64,000 nucleotides of DNA. Origin: Candidatus Aldehydirespiratoraceae bacterium (GTDB taxonomy: Bacteria > Actinomycetota > Acidimicrobiia > Acidimicrobiales > Aldehydirespiratoraceae). Shown piece after piece: positions 1 to 14,354 of this stretch (its first letter is position 1; each line of letters begins with the position of its first letter). A program made the position numbers and the translations under genes. Under the pieces are notes generated by a model. That model saw nothing but the letters and a program-made list of their open reading frames with translations. It made no database searches and had not been told where the DNA came from. The stretch spans positions 2,579,166 through 2,643,165 of the forward strand of contig OZ243951.1 of the NCBI GenBank assembly GCA_965214565.1, written 5' to 3'.

Positions 1-1
1 C

Positions 2-562
2 CGTGCAGCCAAGGCCTCGGGGCTCCCGGTCACCGCCGAAGCTGCAACCCACCACTTCTCTCTGACCGACGCGTGTTGCGCGAGTTACGACCCGGTTTTC
101 AAGGTTCACCCACCACTGCGCACTGAAGCGGACGTGGCTGCGGTCAAGGAGGGTCTCATCGACGGCACGATCGACGCCATAGCCACTGACCATGCACCTC
201 ACGCTCCCAAGTCCAAACAGCAGACATTCGCTGACGCCCCCCCGGGGATGCTCGGACTCGAAACCGCCTTCGCGGTGGCCAACACCCATCTCGACATGCC
301 GATCGAGTCCCTCCTCGCGGCGATGTCGTGGCGACCGGCGGCCATTGCTGGACTGACCGCGGAGCACGGCGGCCTCATCAAAGAGGGCAGCCCGGCCAAC
401 CTCGCGGTGATCGATCCCAAAGTCGTGTGGACGGTCTCTGCTGCAGAGATGGCGAGTCGCAGTTCCAACACGCCCTATGACGGAATGGGACTCCGAGGAA
501 GAATCCGCCACACGATCTACAAAGGAGAGGCCGTGGTTGTCGACGGCGAAGCGCAGCGATGA
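2..562 (+). CDS. pyrC: dihydroorotase, C-terminal part (5' end outside window)
   Basis: Frame is open from the window edge. Contains ...HHFSLTD...FKVHPPLR...IDAIATDHAPH... typical of dihydroorotase. Stop overlaps the carA start. Confidence 0.9.
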   Translation, partial: RAAKASGLPVTAEAATHHFSLTDACCASYDPVFKVHPPLRTEADVAAVKEGLIDGTIDAIATDHAPHAPKSKQQTFADAPPGMLGLETAFAVANTHLDMPIESLLAAMSWRPAAIAGLTAEHGGLIKEGSPANLAVIDPKVVWTVSAAEMASRSSNTPYDGMGLRGRIRHTIYKGEAVVVDGEAQR

Positions 563-1658
563 GCGGTTCTGGCCCGATTCGCCCGTATCGGCTGGTGTTG
601 GCGGACGGGGAAGTGTTCGAAGGCGAGGGCATCGGTGCTGATCCAGACGGCGGTGTCGCTTCGGGAGAGGTCGTGTTCAACACCGTTCTGTCCGGTTATC
701 AGGAGGTGATCACCGATCCTTCCTACGCGGGACAGATCATCACCTTCACCTACCCGCACATCGGCAATTACGGGGTGAACGCCACCGACGAAGAGGCCCG
801 CAGGCCGTTCTGTCGAGGTGTCATTGTCCGCGACCTGGCCCGTCGGCACAGCAACTGGCGTTCGGAGGGCGATCTCGACGCTTTTCTTCGAACCCACAAT
901 GTCGCCGGTATCGCGGGGGTCGATACCCGGCGGCTCACCCGCCATATCCGCGACTTCGGGGCGATGCCCGGCGCGTTCGGCGACACAGAAGCATCCGAAC
1001 TGCAAGCCGCGGCGAACTCAGACCCGACAACGAGCGGGGTCGACCTGGTGGGGCTGGTGTCCACCGACAAGCCCTACACGGTTGGTAGTGCGCGGCGCAG
1101 GGTTGTTGCTTACGACCTCGGTATCAAGTCCACGATGCTGCGTCACCTGTCGACCATGGCGACAGTGACGGTCGTGCCAGCGGACACTCCCGCGGCCGAT
1201 GTGCTCGCCGAGGGTCCCGACGGGGTCTTCCTGTCCAACGGCCCGGGTGATCCGCAGATGGCCGGCTCGATCGTCGGCGAACTTCCGAAACTGATCGGTC
1301 GCCTGCCGATCTTCGGGATCTGCCTCGGGCACCAGGTCCTGTCGCTGGCGCTGGGCGGCAGCACGTTCAAGATGAAGTTCGGCCACCACGGCGGCAACGT
1401 TCCGGTCATGGACCTTCGCAGCGGCAAAGTCGAGATCACCAGCCAGAACCACAACTTCGCGGTGGAGACAGGCTCTGTTCCAGATGTCGTGGAGACGCAT
1501 GTGTGCCTCAACGACGGCGCCCTCGAGGGGATGTTCCACAGGGACCTTCCGGTGTTCAGCGTGCAGTACCACCCTGAGGCCGGGCCCGGGCCCCACGACA
1601 GCCGCTACCTGTTCAAGGATTTCGAGCGGCTCATGGATACGAAAGGCTTGGTCGCATA

Positions 1659-1659
<1 letters not shown>
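559..1659 (+). CDS. carA: carbamoyl-phosphate synthase small (glutaminase) subunit
   Basis: 366 aa with the glutamine amidotransferase triad region ...[10 protein letters not shown]...VQYHPEA...; sits between pyrC and carB. Confidence 0.95.
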
Positions 1660-5004
<3,345 letters not shown>

Positions 5005-5013
5005 GCCTGCGAT

Positions 5014-5110
5014 GAGTGGGCACTGGGTGGCTAAGCACTGGGTGAGTGGGCACTGGGTGGCTAAGCACTGGGTGAGCGAGCACTGGGTGAGCGAGCACTG
5101 GGTGAGTGAG
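5014..5110. repeat. 15-bp imperfect tandem repeat, about 6.5 copies (GAGYGRGCACTGGGT / GGCTAAGCACTGGGT)
   Basis: Read directly from the sequence. Fills the carB-pyrD spacer and is bracketed by the identical 10-mer GGTGAGTGAG at 4996-5005 and 5101-5110. Confidence 0.95.
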
Positions 5111-6027
5111 TGATGGTCGAGCTCACGACCTCGGTGGGCTCGGTGAGTCTCAAAGCGCCGGTGTTGACAGCCTCGGGCACGGTCGGTCACGGCGCGGAGT
5201 TCGCCCGTTACCTTCGTCCCAGCGAACTCGGTGCAATAGTGGTCAAGTCGATGAAGGCAACGCCGTTCCAGGGAAATCCCGCCCCGCGGGTTCACCCGAC
5301 CCCCGCCGGGATGATCAACAGCGTCGGACTTCAAGGACCCGGAGTGTCGCACTGGCTTGAACATGAACTGCCGGCCTTAGAGACCGCAGGCGCCACCGTC
5401 GTGGCCAGCATCTGGGGAAACACCGTCGACGAGTACCGTCAGGCAGCCGAGGCGCTGTCGGTGGCACCTCCGTGCGTAGTCGCGGTCGAAGTCAACGTGT
5501 CATGTCCCAATCTCGAAGACCGCAGCCGAATTTTCTCCCACAGTGCCCAAGCAACATGCGAAGCGATCGAGGCCACCAGTAGATGCGGCCGACCCCGTTG
5601 GGCCAAGCTCAGCCCCAATGCCCCGGACATCGCCGAGATCGCCGCGGCCGCACATTCCGCCGGTGCTGAGGCCGTCGTCTTGACGAACACCCTGCTGGCG
5701 ATGGTGATAGACCCCGAGACCCGACGCCCCGTATTGGGTGCGAAGCGAGGAGGTCTGTCGGGAGCAGCGATGCGCCCCGTGGCGGTTAGGGCGGTATATG
5801 ACGTGCACGAAGCGATCCCAGCTCTACCGATCGTTGGCGTCGGCGGCGTCGCCAGCGGCGTTGACGTGGCCGAGTTCCTTTTGGCCGGTGCCTCGGCGGT
5901 CGAGGTCGGCACTGCCACGTTCGCTGATCCTCGGGCGCCGCGACGAATCCTCGACGAGTTTGAACAGTGGTGCAAACGTCATGGCGTCACGCAACTCGCT
6001 GGAATCATCGGAGCGGGCCACGAGTAA
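5110..6027 (+). CDS. pyrD: dihydroorotate dehydrogenase, class 1 type catalytic subunit
   Basis: 305 aa with ...ASGTVG...NSVGLQGPG...VEVNVSCPN...LTNT...GGLSG...IVGVGGV.... Start is GTG 5110 or ATG 5113. Confidence 0.9.
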   Translation: MMVELTTSVGSVSLKAPVLTASGTVGHGAEFARYLRPSELGAIVVKSMKATPFQGNPAPRVHPTPAGMINSVGLQGPGVSHWLEHELPALETAGATVVASIWGNTVDEYRQAAEALSVAPPCVVAVEVNVSCPNLEDRSRIFSHSAQATCEAIEATSRCGRPRWAKLSPNAPDIAEIAAAAHSAGAEAVVLTNTLLAMVIDPETRRPVLGAKRGGLSGAAMRPVAVRAVYDVHEAIPALPIVGVGGVASGVDVAEFLLAGASAVEVGTATFADPRAPRRILDEFEQWCKRHGVTQLAGIIGAGHE

Positions 6028-6079
6028 CTATCGGCGCGGATAATTGCCTTCGTTTCTCTCGGCCTCTAGTGTTTCTGTC

Positions 6080-6394
6080 ATGTCTAACCCTCCAAAGTTG
6101 TCAGACGAGGCGCGAGCCGCAGCACTTGCAAAGGCAACCGAAGCGCGAAAGGCCCGTCGAGAGTTAAAGCAGTTGTTGAAGATGCGATCTTTGACTCTTG
6201 CCGAAGTTTTCGAAAAGGCCGACTCAGACGAAATCGTTGCAAAGACGAAGACGTTGGCCGTGATCGAGTCGCTTCCTGGGGTAGGGAAAGTCAAGGCCCG
6301 GCGTGCCATGGAAGACATCGGTATTGCGGAGAACCGCCGTCTTCGGGGTCTTGGCCAGAAGCAGAGGGCTGAACTTCTGGAGCGGTTCGGCTGA
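6080..6394 (+). CDS. mihF: integration host factor, actinobacterial type (mIHF)
   Basis: ...LPGVGKVKARRAMEDIGIAENRRLRGLGQKQRAELLERFG; conserved position upstream of gmk-rpoZ. ATG 6080 is preferred over the track start 6044. Confidence 0.85.
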   Translation: MSNPPKLSDEARAAALAKATEARKARRELKQLLKMRSLTLAEVFEKADSDEIVAKTKTLAVIESLPGVGKVKARRAMEDIGIAENRRLRGLGQKQRAELLERFG

Positions 6395-6426
6395 CCAGAG
6401 TCTGCTATGAGGCTGGTTGATCGACG

Positions 6427-6984
6427 GTGATTGCGGCCTCAGACCAGTTGGTCGTTGTCATCTCCGGCCCGGGTGGGGTTGGGAAGGGTACGCTGGTTGC
6501 CCGGCTGTTGGACCGGGACCACCGGCTCTGGCTCTCGCGTAGTTGGACGACCCGCGCCCGGCGTCCAGGCGAGTCGATGGAGGCATACCACTTCACGAAC
6601 AGGGAGTTCTTTGACCGACACATGGAGGCCGGCGGATTCCTCGAGTGGGTGGACTTCTTGGACTACCGCCAAGGCACACCGGTGGTACAGCCACCCCCGG
6701 GACATGATCTGGTCTATGAGATCGACGTCTACGGAGCCAAGCAGATCCGTGAGCACTTTCCCGACGCGCTGTTGGTTTTCGTCGATGCTCCTTCCCGTGA
6801 AGCCCAGCGGGCTCGCTTGGTCGGTCGCGGCGACCCCCCGGACAAGATTGAAGACCGCTTGGCCTGCGCCGACACCGAGTTGGCCACAGCGCGAGAACTC
6901 GGTGCGAGGATATTGATCAACGGCGACCTCAATCGGGCGCTCGAAGAGTTGGAAGCGTTGATTCGCGAGCGTCGCGGGAGCTAG
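6427..6984 (+). CDS. gmk: guanylate kinase
   Basis: P-loop VISGPGGVGKGT and ...SRSWTTR.RPGE..G..Y.F. Confidence 0.9.
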   Translation: MIAASDQLVVVISGPGGVGKGTLVARLLDRDHRLWLSRSWTTRARRPGESMEAYHFTNREFFDRHMEAGGFLEWVDFLDYRQGTPVVQPPPGHDLVYEIDVYGAKQIREHFPDALLVFVDAPSREAQRARLVGRGDPPDKIEDRLACADTELATARELGARILINGDLNRALEELEALIRERRGS

Positions 6985-7063
6985 TGCCGCTGCTACGCTT
7001 GTATGTCGGTTGAACACCACGCGGCTGACGACACAGTTCGTCGACGTCTCGGGAGAAGGCACA

Positions 7064-7372
7064 ATGGCACACGGCTATGACACGATGATGAATCCTTCGA
7101 TTGAGGGCCTCCTCGACGATGTCGGCTCCAAGTTCCGACTCGTCACGCTCTCTGCCATGCGGAGCCGCGAAATCACGAACTATGTGGGGCAACTCGGCCG
7201 AGGTATGGGGGCGTCGATACCTCCCCAGGTTGCGTCCACGGCCAGCAAGCCGTTGTCGATCGCCTTCGAGGAAATCGCTGCGGACAAGATCATCGCCGTC
7301 GACGTCGACACGGAAGCCGGAGCAGAAGCCGAATCCGAAGGTGGAACCGCTGCGGACTTTGTGGGTGCCTGA
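7064..7372 (+). CDS. rpoZ: DNA-directed RNA polymerase subunit omega
   Basis: ...NPSIEGLLDDVGSKFRLVTLSAMRSREI...; synteny gmk-rpoZ-coaBC. ATG 7064 is preferred over 7010. Confidence 0.85.
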   Translation: MAHGYDTMMNPSIEGLLDDVGSKFRLVTLSAMRSREITNYVGQLGRGMGASIPPQVASTASKPLSIAFEEIAADKIIAVDVDTEAGAEAESEGGTAADFVGA

Positions 7373-7399
7373 CCCGAGCAACAGGGCGGTGGCTGGCAC

Positions 7400-8656
7400 A
7401 TGACCACGCTCTCCGGTCGACGCATCATCCTTGGTGTGACCGGCGGAATCGCCGCCTACAAGGCGGTTGAGATCTGTCGTCGTCTAGTTGACGCCGGTGC
7501 GCATGTCACTCCGGTTCTTACTGCAGGCGCCCTGAAGATGGTCGGTGAGGCCACCTTCTCGGCGTTGGCCAGCGAACCGGCGCGCACTTCTCTGTTCAAC
7601 GATCCCTCGAGTCCGATTCCGCACACCGTCATGGGTCGCAATGCTGACTTGGTGCTGGTGGCTCCGGCGACGGCGAGGGTCATTTCCGATATTCGCACGG
7701 GACGCTCGGCTGATCTCTTGACGGCCACGATTCTCGCCACCCGGGCACCGCTGATGATCTGCCCGGCGATGCACACCGAAATGTGGGAACAGGTGTCTGT
7801 GCAGGAGAACCTCGAGGTGCTGCGTGGCCGTGGCGTGCATGTCGTTGATCCAGAGAGTGGCCGACTCGCTGGAGGAGACTTCGGCCTCGGGCGACTCGCC
7901 GAGCCGGCATCGATTGTGACTGCTGTCGGGAGCCTGCTGGCCCCGAACGATCCTGGTGGCCCGAGTGATCTTGGAGGCCAGAATGACCTTGGAGGGATGC
8001 GGGTGCTCGTCACCGCCGGCGGGACTCGCGAGCCAATTGATGCGGTCCGATTTGTGGGCAACCGGTCCTCAGGCAGACAAGGCCATGCCCTCGCACGGAA
8101 CGCGGCGGAACGAGGTGCTGACGTTGTGTTGGTTACAACCAACGCGCTAAGCGCTCCGGGCGGCGTTCGCATCGTGGATGTGTCCACGGCCGAGGAAATG
8201 CATCGTGCTTGCACCGCTGAAGCGCCCGAGGCTGACCTGGTCGTGATGGCCGCAGCGGTCGCAGACTTCCGGCCGCACAGAGCAGTGGATCGCAAACTCA
8301 AGAAGGACGAGGGGATCCTCAGTGTCGAGTTCGAGCCCACGGCCGACATCCTTGCGTGTCTGGGTGCCACCAAACCCGATGGTCAGGTCCTGGTCGGATT
8401 CGCTGCCGAAACCGACGACGTCGAAATTAACGCGGCGGAAAAGCTCGACAAGAAGAACCTGGACATAATCGTGGCGAACGACGTGTCCAAACCCGGTGTC
8501 GGATTTGAGCATGAGACCAACGAGGTTGTAGTGCTACGGGCGGACGGAGTCCGGCAGCACCTTCCGCTGTGCAGCAAGGGCGAGGTGGCCCGTGTCGTGC
8601 TTGATGCCGCCGTTGAAACCCTTAACCGACTCGACAATTCACAGGAGCAAGAGTGA
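7400..8656 (+). CDS. coaBC: bifunctional phosphopantothenoylcysteine decarboxylase / phosphopantothenate-cysteine ligase
   Basis: 418 aa. N-terminal flavoprotein domain ([12 protein letters not shown]..., PAMHTEMW) and C-terminal DFP domain ([22 protein letters not shown]). Confidence 0.92.
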   Translation: MTTLSGRRIILGVTGGIAAYKAVEICRRLVDAGAHVTPVLTAGALKMVGEATFSALASEPARTSLFNDPSSPIPHTVMGRNADLVLVAPATARVISDIRTGRSADLLTATILATRAPLMICPAMHTEMWEQVSVQENLEVLRGRGVHVVDPESGRLAGGDFGLGRLAEPASIVTAVGSLLAPNDPGGPSDLGGQNDLGGMRVLVTAGGTREPIDAVRFVGNRSSGRQGHALARNAAERGADVVLVTTNALSAPGGVRIVDVSTAEEMHRACTAEAPEADLVVMAAAVADFRPHRAVDRKLKKDEGILSVEFEPTADILACLGATKPDGQVLVGFAAETDDVEINAAEKLDKKNLDIIVANDVSKPGVGFEHETNEVVVLRADGVRQHLPLCSKGEVARVVLDAAVETLNRLDNSQEQE

Positions 8657-9855
8657 CTCGCTGGACCTTCACCTCTGAGAGCGTGACCGAGGGCCATCCG
8701 GACAAGATGGCAGATCAGATTTCAGACTCAATTCTCGATGCCATGTTGGCCCAGGACGAAATGAGTCGTGTGGCCTGCGAAACCATGGTGACTACTGGAC
8801 TTGCGATCGTGGCCGGTGAGATCACCACCGACGCCTATGTGGATATTGCCGGCACGGTACGTGAGACGATCAAGGAGATCGGCTACGACCGTGAAGCCTT
8901 CGGTTACGACGGCAACACCTGCGGGGTGATGGTCACGATCGACGACCAGTCGCCGGACATCTTTCTGGGACTCACCGCGTCTGAAGAGGTTCGTTCCGGT
9001 ATTGCCGGAGAAAAAGACGCACTCGACATGCAGGGGGCCGGGGATCAGGGGATGATGTTCGGCTACGCCTGCGATGAGACTGAGGAACTGATGCCGTTGC
9101 CCATTCACCTCGCTCATCGGATGGCCGAACGCCACGCCGAGGTCCGCAAGGCCGGGACGATTCCCTATCTCCGACCGGATGCCAAGACCCAGGTGACTTT
9201 CGAGTATGAGGGCAGCAAACCTGTTCGGCTCAAGACCGTCCTGGTCTCCACCCAGCACAATGACGGCATCGACCGCGACTCGATGATTCGGCCCGATCTG
9301 ATCGAGCATGTGATTGCTCCGGTCATTCCCGCGGAGTTCGCCGACGACAACTACGACGTCTACGTCAACCCGACGGGCCGTTTCGTGATCGGTGGTCCCG
9401 TGGGGGACTGTGGACTCACCGGACGCAAGATCATTGTCGACACGTACGGTGGGATGGCTCGCCATGGCGGTGGTGCATTCTCAGGCAAGGATCCTTCGAA
9501 GGTCGATCGTTCGGCTGCCTACGCGGCCCGCTGGGTGGCAAAGAACTTGGTCGCCTCGGGAGCAGCAAGCCGCTGTGAGGTTCAGGTCGCCTACGCCATC
9601 GGCATGGCCCGCCCCGTTTCGATCCTTGTCGACACCTTCGGCACGGAGACTGTCGAAAAGGTAGCGATCGACGCAGCCATCGACGACATATTCGATCTCC
9701 GTCCAGCCGCGATACTCCGCGATCTCGATCTCCGTCGTCCGATCTACCGCAAGACCGCCGCATACGGGCACTTCGGCCGTTCGAGCGACGACGGCCTGTT
9801 CCCCTGGGAGCAGACGAACCGGGTCGACGACCTCGTCTCAGCATTGGGACTCTGA
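8653..9855 (+). CDS. metK: S-adenosylmethionine synthetase
   Basis: ...[13 protein letters not shown]..., [27 protein letters not shown]. Confidence 0.97.
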   Translation: MTRWTFTSESVTEGHPDKMADQISDSILDAMLAQDEMSRVACETMVTTGLAIVAGEITTDAYVDIAGTVRETIKEIGYDREAFGYDGNTCGVMVTIDDQSPDIFLGLTASEEVRSGIAGEKDALDMQGAGDQGMMFGYACDETEELMPLPIHLAHRMAERHAEVRKAGTIPYLRPDAKTQVTFEYEGSKPVRLKTVLVSTQHNDGIDRDSMIRPDLIEHVIAPVIPAEFADDNYDVYVNPTGRFVIGGPVGDCGLTGRKIIVDTYGGMARHGGGAFSGKDPSKVDRSAAYAARWVAKNLVASGAASRCEVQVAYAIGMARPVSILVDTFGTETVEKVAIDAAIDDIFDLRPAAILRDLDLRRPIYRKTAAYGHFGRSSDDGLFPWEQTNRVDDLVSALGL

Positions 9856-9863
9856 GGTTCCGC

Positions 9864-11630
9864 TTGCCGAAGTCGAGCTCGGGAGGACCCGACCGCAAGG
9901 TCGTGCGGGTTGTTCCCGATGTGTTGGGGATCAACAGAGAGTTCGACTACTACGTTCCCGAGGCGTGGCACCGCGATGGTCGCGCGGCCCGGCTGAGCGT
10001 GGGTTCGATGGTGCGGGTGTCTCTGGCGGGAAGGCGGGTGGGCGCCTGGGTGTGCGCTCTCGATGTTGAACCGGCCCAAGGAGTGGAGCTGGCCCCGTTG
10101 AGAACCCTGCGCGGCATTGGACCCGACGCCGAGATGCTCGAACTGGCTTCCTGGGCGGCGTGGCGTTGGGCTGGCAGCAGAGTGAAGTTCCTGCGTGCTG
10201 CTTCACCGCCCTCGATGCTCGCGGGAGTGCCGCGGGGCGCGAGCCGCGACCCTGTGCCGTCCGGCCCCGCGGACGTGTTCTCGCGGGCATTCGAGCTGGC
10301 TCGGGAACGTGGCGTCGCAGTGGTCAGGACCCCACCGATCAGCGACGATGTGTCGTTGGCTCTGGAAGCTTGCAGAGGGGGCGACGCGTTGTTGCTACTC
10401 GCAGACTCCGCTAGGGCCCGTCGCCTCGGGATCGCCTTGCGCCGTGCCGGCGTCAGGATCGCTCTAGGGGTTCAGGAGTGGTCTGTGGCCGCCAGCGGGG
10501 CCACGGTGGTCGGGACTCGGTCGGCGGTCTGGATGCCCATGCCGCGGCTTTCCGGGGTGGTTGTCTTCGACGAGCACGATGAGTCGCACGCCGAGCAGTC
10601 GACTCCTGCCTGGAACGCTCGGGAGGCCGGTCTGGAGCGGGCCCGCCGCCGCGGTGTGCCGGTCGTGCTCAGTTCTCCGGTGCCGTCGCTCGAGGCACTG
10701 CGCTCCGGTCCTCTGCTTCGGCCTGACCGTGCTGCGGAGAGATTGGGGTGGCCGAGGGTGGAAGTGCTCGATCGTCGTGCCGAGGACCCGGCGAAGGTGG
10801 GCCTCTTCGCCGAGGGTGTCGCCGGGGTGCTCCGGGGCGAGAGTCGGGTCGTCTGTGTGCTGAATCGCAGGGGACGTTCGCGGCTGTTGGCCTGCACGGC
10901 GTGCGGCGAGCTGGTGCGTACGCTCGACGGTACCTCACCCATGGTGCTTGAAGACTCCGAGCTTCGTTCGCCTGATGGCAGCGAGGTGCGTCCGCCGGTA
11001 TGCGCCCTATGCGGAGACACCCGTTTGAAGAACCTCCGAGCAGGGGTGACACGCGCCAGGGAAGAATTGGAAGCTCTGGTCGGCGAGGCAGTCGACGAGG
11101 TCACCGCGTCGACTGTGGCGCAACCGGCGAGCCGAGTGGTGATCGGAACCGAAGCGGTGCTGCATCGCATCGTCGCGGCCGATGTCGTCGTGTTCTTGGA
11201 CCTTGACCAGGAACTTCTCGCGCCTCGCCAGAGAGCCGTGGAACAGGCGATGGCGCTGTTGGCACGGGCTGCTCGTCTACTGGGGCCGCGCAACTCCGGT
11301 GGGTGCCTCGTGCTCCAGACCCGCCAACCGGACCATGAAGTTGTGCGGGCGGTGACACGCGCCGACCCGTCGATCGTGGCGGTCGCGGAGCGCGATCGGC
11401 GCAGATCCGTGGGTATAGCGCCCTACGGAGCACAGGTTCTGGTCTCCGGTGCAGGAGCGGCAGAGTTCATCGGCACGCTGGGCCATCGGGCCGGGGTTCG
11501 AGTCCTCGGCCCCTCCGACGACCGTTGGTTGTTGCAGGCCGACACCCATGAGCCGCTCCTCAACGCCATCGAAGACACGCCCCGCCCCGACAGTCGTCTG
11601 CGGATAGAGGTCGACCCGCTGCGGGTGTGA
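9864..11630 (+). CDS. priA: primosomal protein N' (actinobacterial short form)
   Basis: Position after metK. Zinc-ribbon pair ...LLACTACGE...PPVCALCGD...; 588 aa. Start codon is uncertain (TTG). Confidence 0.75.
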   Translation: MPKSSSGGPDRKVVRVVPDVLGINREFDYYVPEAWHRDGRAARLSVGSMVRVSLAGRRVGAWVCALDVEPAQGVELAPLRTLRGIGPDAEMLELASWAAWRWAGSRVKFLRAASPPSMLAGVPRGASRDPVPSGPADVFSRAFELARERGVAVVRTPPISDDVSLALEACRGGDALLLLADSARARRLGIALRRAGVRIALGVQEWSVAASGATVVGTRSAVWMPMPRLSGVVVFDEHDESHAEQSTPAWNAREAGLERARRRGVPVVLSSPVPSLEALRSGPLLRPDRAAERLGWPRVEVLDRRAEDPAKVGLFAEGVAGVLRGESRVVCVLNRRGRSRLLACTACGELVRTLDGTSPMVLEDSELRSPDGSEVRPPVCALCGDTRLKNLRAGVTRAREELEALVGEAVDEVTASTVAQPASRVVIGTEAVLHRIVAADVVVFLDLDQELLAPRQRAVEQAMALLARAARLLGPRNSGGCLVLQTRQPDHEVVRAVTRADPSIVAVAERDRRRSVGIAPYGAQVLVSGAGAAEFIGTLGHRAGVRVLGPSDDRWLLQADTHEPLLNAIEDTPRPDSRLRIEVDPLRV

Positions 11631-11641
11631 GGCTCAAGGAG

Positions 11642-12175
11642 CTACTGCTGGGATTTCGACGTCCAGTTGGTGCGGCGGGTTTCGTAGAGGGCGATTGCGG
11701 TTGCGATTGCGACGTTGAGTGAGCCGACTTTGCCGAGTTGGGGGATGAAGGCGATGTCGTCGCAGACTTCTAGTGTGTTGGGAGTGATCCCTCGATCCTC
11801 GTGGCCGATCACCAGAGCTATGTCGCCGGACAGATCGGTGTCGTGAAGCGGCGAGGCATCGCTGGTGAGTTCGAGTGCGATTACCCGGTAGCCGTTGGCC
11901 CGTGCCGCGGTCACTGCCGCAGGACCTGAGTCGATCTCCGTCCAACTCAAATAGCGGGCGCTTCCCAGAGCGGTCTTGTCGACTTTGTCGTGGTCCGGCG
12001 AGGTGCCTTTGGCGATCCACAGGTGATCGATGCGCTGCGCGGCTGCAGTGCGAACGATCGAACCGACGTTGAACGGGTTGGCCACGCCGTCGAGGATCAG
12101 GGCAAGCCGACCTGTGGTTCGCTGACGCCAAGAACGGTGAAGCCGTTTCATGCCCGTGCCGTCGAGTTGTGCCAC
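11642..12175 (-). CDS. TrmH/SpoU family RNA 2'-O-methyltransferase
   Basis: ...LDGVANPFNVGSIVRTAAA...IALVIGHEDRGI...IPQLGKVGSLNVAIATAIALYE. The N-terminus was trimmed because the track ORF overlaps the upstream gene by 166 nt. Candidate starts are GTG 12175 (TAGTG overlap) or ATG 12151. Confidence 0.8.
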   Translation of the reverse strand: MAQLDGTGMKRLHRSWRQRTTGRLALILDGVANPFNVGSIVRTAAAQRIDHLWIAKGTSPDHDKVDKTALGSARYLSWTEIDSGPAAVTAARANGYRVIALELTSDASPLHDTDLSGDIALVIGHEDRGITPNTLEVCDDIAFIPQLGKVGSLNVAIATAIALYETRRTNWTSKSQQ

Positions 12176-12783
12176 TAGTCCTCCCGTGGGTTGACTTCGA
12201 GTATGCGATAACCCGAGCGGCTGACCAACCGAATTGTCGGGAATCCTTGGTCTGTCAGCCAACGACTCAGAGAATCGCTGCCCAGGTGTTTCTGGACGAC
12301 GAGATGGGCCCGGCCGTCGGGGTTCAAGCGGCTGAGCCACGTCTCAAGCAGTTGATGCAACGCTTGTTTGCCGATCCGGATCGGTGGGTTGGACAGGATT
12401 CGGTCGAAACGAACGCTCTTTGGTACCTCAGTGGGAGGCGCGACAGTGATGCGGTCGCCGGCACCTAACGCCTCGGCATTGAGTTCGGTGAGTGTCCGAG
12501 CCCGAGTATTGGTATCGACAGCCCAGATTCGACCTGTCGCAGTTCGCAGTGCAGTGACGCAGGCAATGGGCCCCCAGCCGCAGCCGAGGTCGAGGGCCAC
12601 CGTGTCGTCCTCCACCCGAGGAGTCTCTGTTAGCAGCAACTTTGTACCGGGATCGAGCCGATCGGAGGAGAACACTCCCCGGTCTGATGTGAGTGTCACG
12701 GACAGGTCAACGAGGTTGATCTCGACCCGCGAAGGTCTAGAGGCCACCTTCGGGTCTTGATCGAAATAGTGAGCCGTCCCCAC
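12175..12783 (-). CDS. class I SAM-dependent methyltransferase, RsmC-like small methyltransferase domain
   Basis: ...SDRGVFSSDRLDPGTKLLL...LDLGCGWGPI...ILSNPPIRIGK... Confidence 0.8.
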   Translation of the reverse strand: MGTAHYFDQDPKVASRPSRVEINLVDLSVTLTSDRGVFSSDRLDPGTKLLLTETPRVEDDTVALDLGCGWGPIACVTALRTATGRIWAVDTNTRARTLTELNAEALGAGDRITVAPPTEVPKSVRFDRILSNPPIRIGKQALHQLLETWLSRLNPDGRAHLVVQKHLGSDSLSRWLTDQGFPTIRLVSRSGYRILEVNPRED

Positions 12784-12844
12784 AGCCGCGACCGTACTGC
12801 ACCCTCAACGCCATGGGCGTGGATCTTTCGGTTAGCCTGAACGG

Positions 12845-13450
12845 GTGAGCAGTTACGACATTCGTGTCATTGGGGATCCCGTGTTGCGCCAGAGTGCGCG
12901 TCGGATTACCGACATCGACGGCGCGCTCGTGCGACTTGCCGACGACATGATCGAAACGATGTACGAAGCACCAGGTATCGGGCTCGCGGCTCCCCAAGTA
13001 GGAGTACAGAAAAGGTTGTTTGTATGGGATATGGGCGAAGGACCAAAGGTGATCGTCAACCCCGAGATCATCGAATCGGACGGCGAATGGCTCTATGACG
13101 AGGCATGCCTGTCGGTTCCCGGGTTGTCCTGGGAGATAGTCCGCCCCAAGACGGTTCACCTGGTCGGTCGCGACCTCGACGGCAACGAGATGTCGTTCGA
13201 GGCCGATGAACTGGAGGCGAGGTTGTTCCAACACGAGCTCGATCATCTCGACGGCACCCTGCTGATTGAGCGGCTCGACTCAGACACCCGCAAGACCGCG
13301 CTCAAGACGATCCGCGCCCTGCAGTTGGCGGAGGCCATGCCAACATCACGAGCCGTCGGATCACGCAGCGCCACGAATGCGAGCGATGAAACTGCGAGTG
13401 GCATAGCAGCGAGCCCCAAGGCTGCGAGCCAAGGCCTAAGGCTGCCGTGA
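12845..13450 (+). CDS. def: peptide deformylase
   Basis: Motifs GIGLAAPQVG, EACLSVPG, QHELDHLDG; has a C-terminal low-complexity extension. Confidence 0.95.
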   Translation: MSSYDIRVIGDPVLRQSARRITDIDGALVRLADDMIETMYEAPGIGLAAPQVGVQKRLFVWDMGEGPKVIVNPEIIESDGEWLYDEACLSVPGLSWEIVRPKTVHLVGRDLDGNEMSFEADELEARLFQHELDHLDGTLLIERLDSDTRKTALKTIRALQLAEAMPTSRAVGSRSATNASDETASGIAASPKAASQGLRLP

Positions 13451-14349
13451 CCATTCCGCCACCGGCGGAGATTCGACGCATCGTCTACTTGGGCACGCCC
13501 GCCACCGCGGTGCCGCCCCTGCGCGCGCTGTGCCGCGTCGGCTACGAGATACCCCTGGTCGTCTCGCGCCCCGACACCCGAAGGGGACGTGGCGCATCCT
13601 TTGAACCGAGCCCGGTGAAAGCGGCGGCGCTCAATCTTGGTCTGGACGTCAGCGACGACATCGAGGACCTGTCAGAGGTCGGCGCCGACCTCGGCGTGGT
13701 GGTTGCGTACGGTGAGATCATCCCAGCAGCGCTCCTCGAAGAGTTGGCGATGCTCAACCTTCATTTCTCGTTGCTGCCGCGTTGGCGTGGAGCCGCACCG
13801 ATAGAGCGGGCGTTGCTTGCAGGCGACGAAGTCACGGGCGTGTCCTTGATGGCCCTTGAGGAGGGCCTCGACACCGGTGCCGTCTTTAAGGTGGCTGAGA
13901 CGCCGATCGACCCCGACGAGGATTGCAACACCCTGAGAGACCGGCTTGTAGACCTTGGAACCGAACTATTGATCGAGTCGCTTTCAGAGGGGCTCGGCCG
14001 GCCGCAGCCGCAGCTCGGCGATCCGCTCTACGCCGCAAAGATCTCCGCTGAGGACCGCCATATCGACTGGACCCGACCGGCCGTCGAGATCCACCGGCAG
14101 GTGCGTGTCGGTGGCGCTTGGACCAGCTTTCGTGACCAGCGTTTCAAGATCTGGCGTACCGCACCGGTAGATGCCCCGGTCACCGGCGTGCCAATCGACG
14201 CTCCAGCCGGATCGATCAGCGGGCAGTTCGTGGCAACGGGCGAGGGGCTGATCGAGTTGCTTGAAGTACAGGCCCAGGGTCGCACACGTCAAGTTGCATC
14301 CGCCTGGCGCAACGGAGCCAAGCTCACCCCCGAAGACCGGTTCGTCTGA
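13447..14349 (+). CDS. fmt: methionyl-tRNA formyltransferase
   Basis: ...NLHFSLLPRWRGAAPIERA...; overlaps the def stop. Confidence 0.93.
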   Translation: MTIPPPAEIRRIVYLGTPATAVPPLRALCRVGYEIPLVVSRPDTRRGRGASFEPSPVKAAALNLGLDVSDDIEDLSEVGADLGVVVAYGEIIPAALLEELAMLNLHFSLLPRWRGAAPIERALLAGDEVTGVSLMALEEGLDTGAVFKVAETPIDPDEDCNTLRDRLVDLGTELLIESLSEGLGRPQPQLGDPLYAAKISAEDRHIDWTRPAVEIHRQVRVGGAWTSFRDQRFKIWRTAPVDAPVTGVPIDAPAGSISGQFVATGEGLIELLEVQAQGRTRQVASAWRNGAKLTPEDRFV

Positions 14350-14354
14350 GGCAC

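Noticed and set aside
5014-5110. Whether any of the tandem repeat arrays (5014, 22515, 24960, 54687) is a CRISPR array.
   Set aside because: The units are contiguous with no unique spacers, are 11-39 bp long, and no cas genes are present.
5110-6027. The absence of pyrF or pyrK next to a class-1-type pyrD, as a possible anomaly in the pyrimidine operon.
   Set aside because: Those genes may lie elsewhere in the genome. Nothing in the window itself is abnormal.
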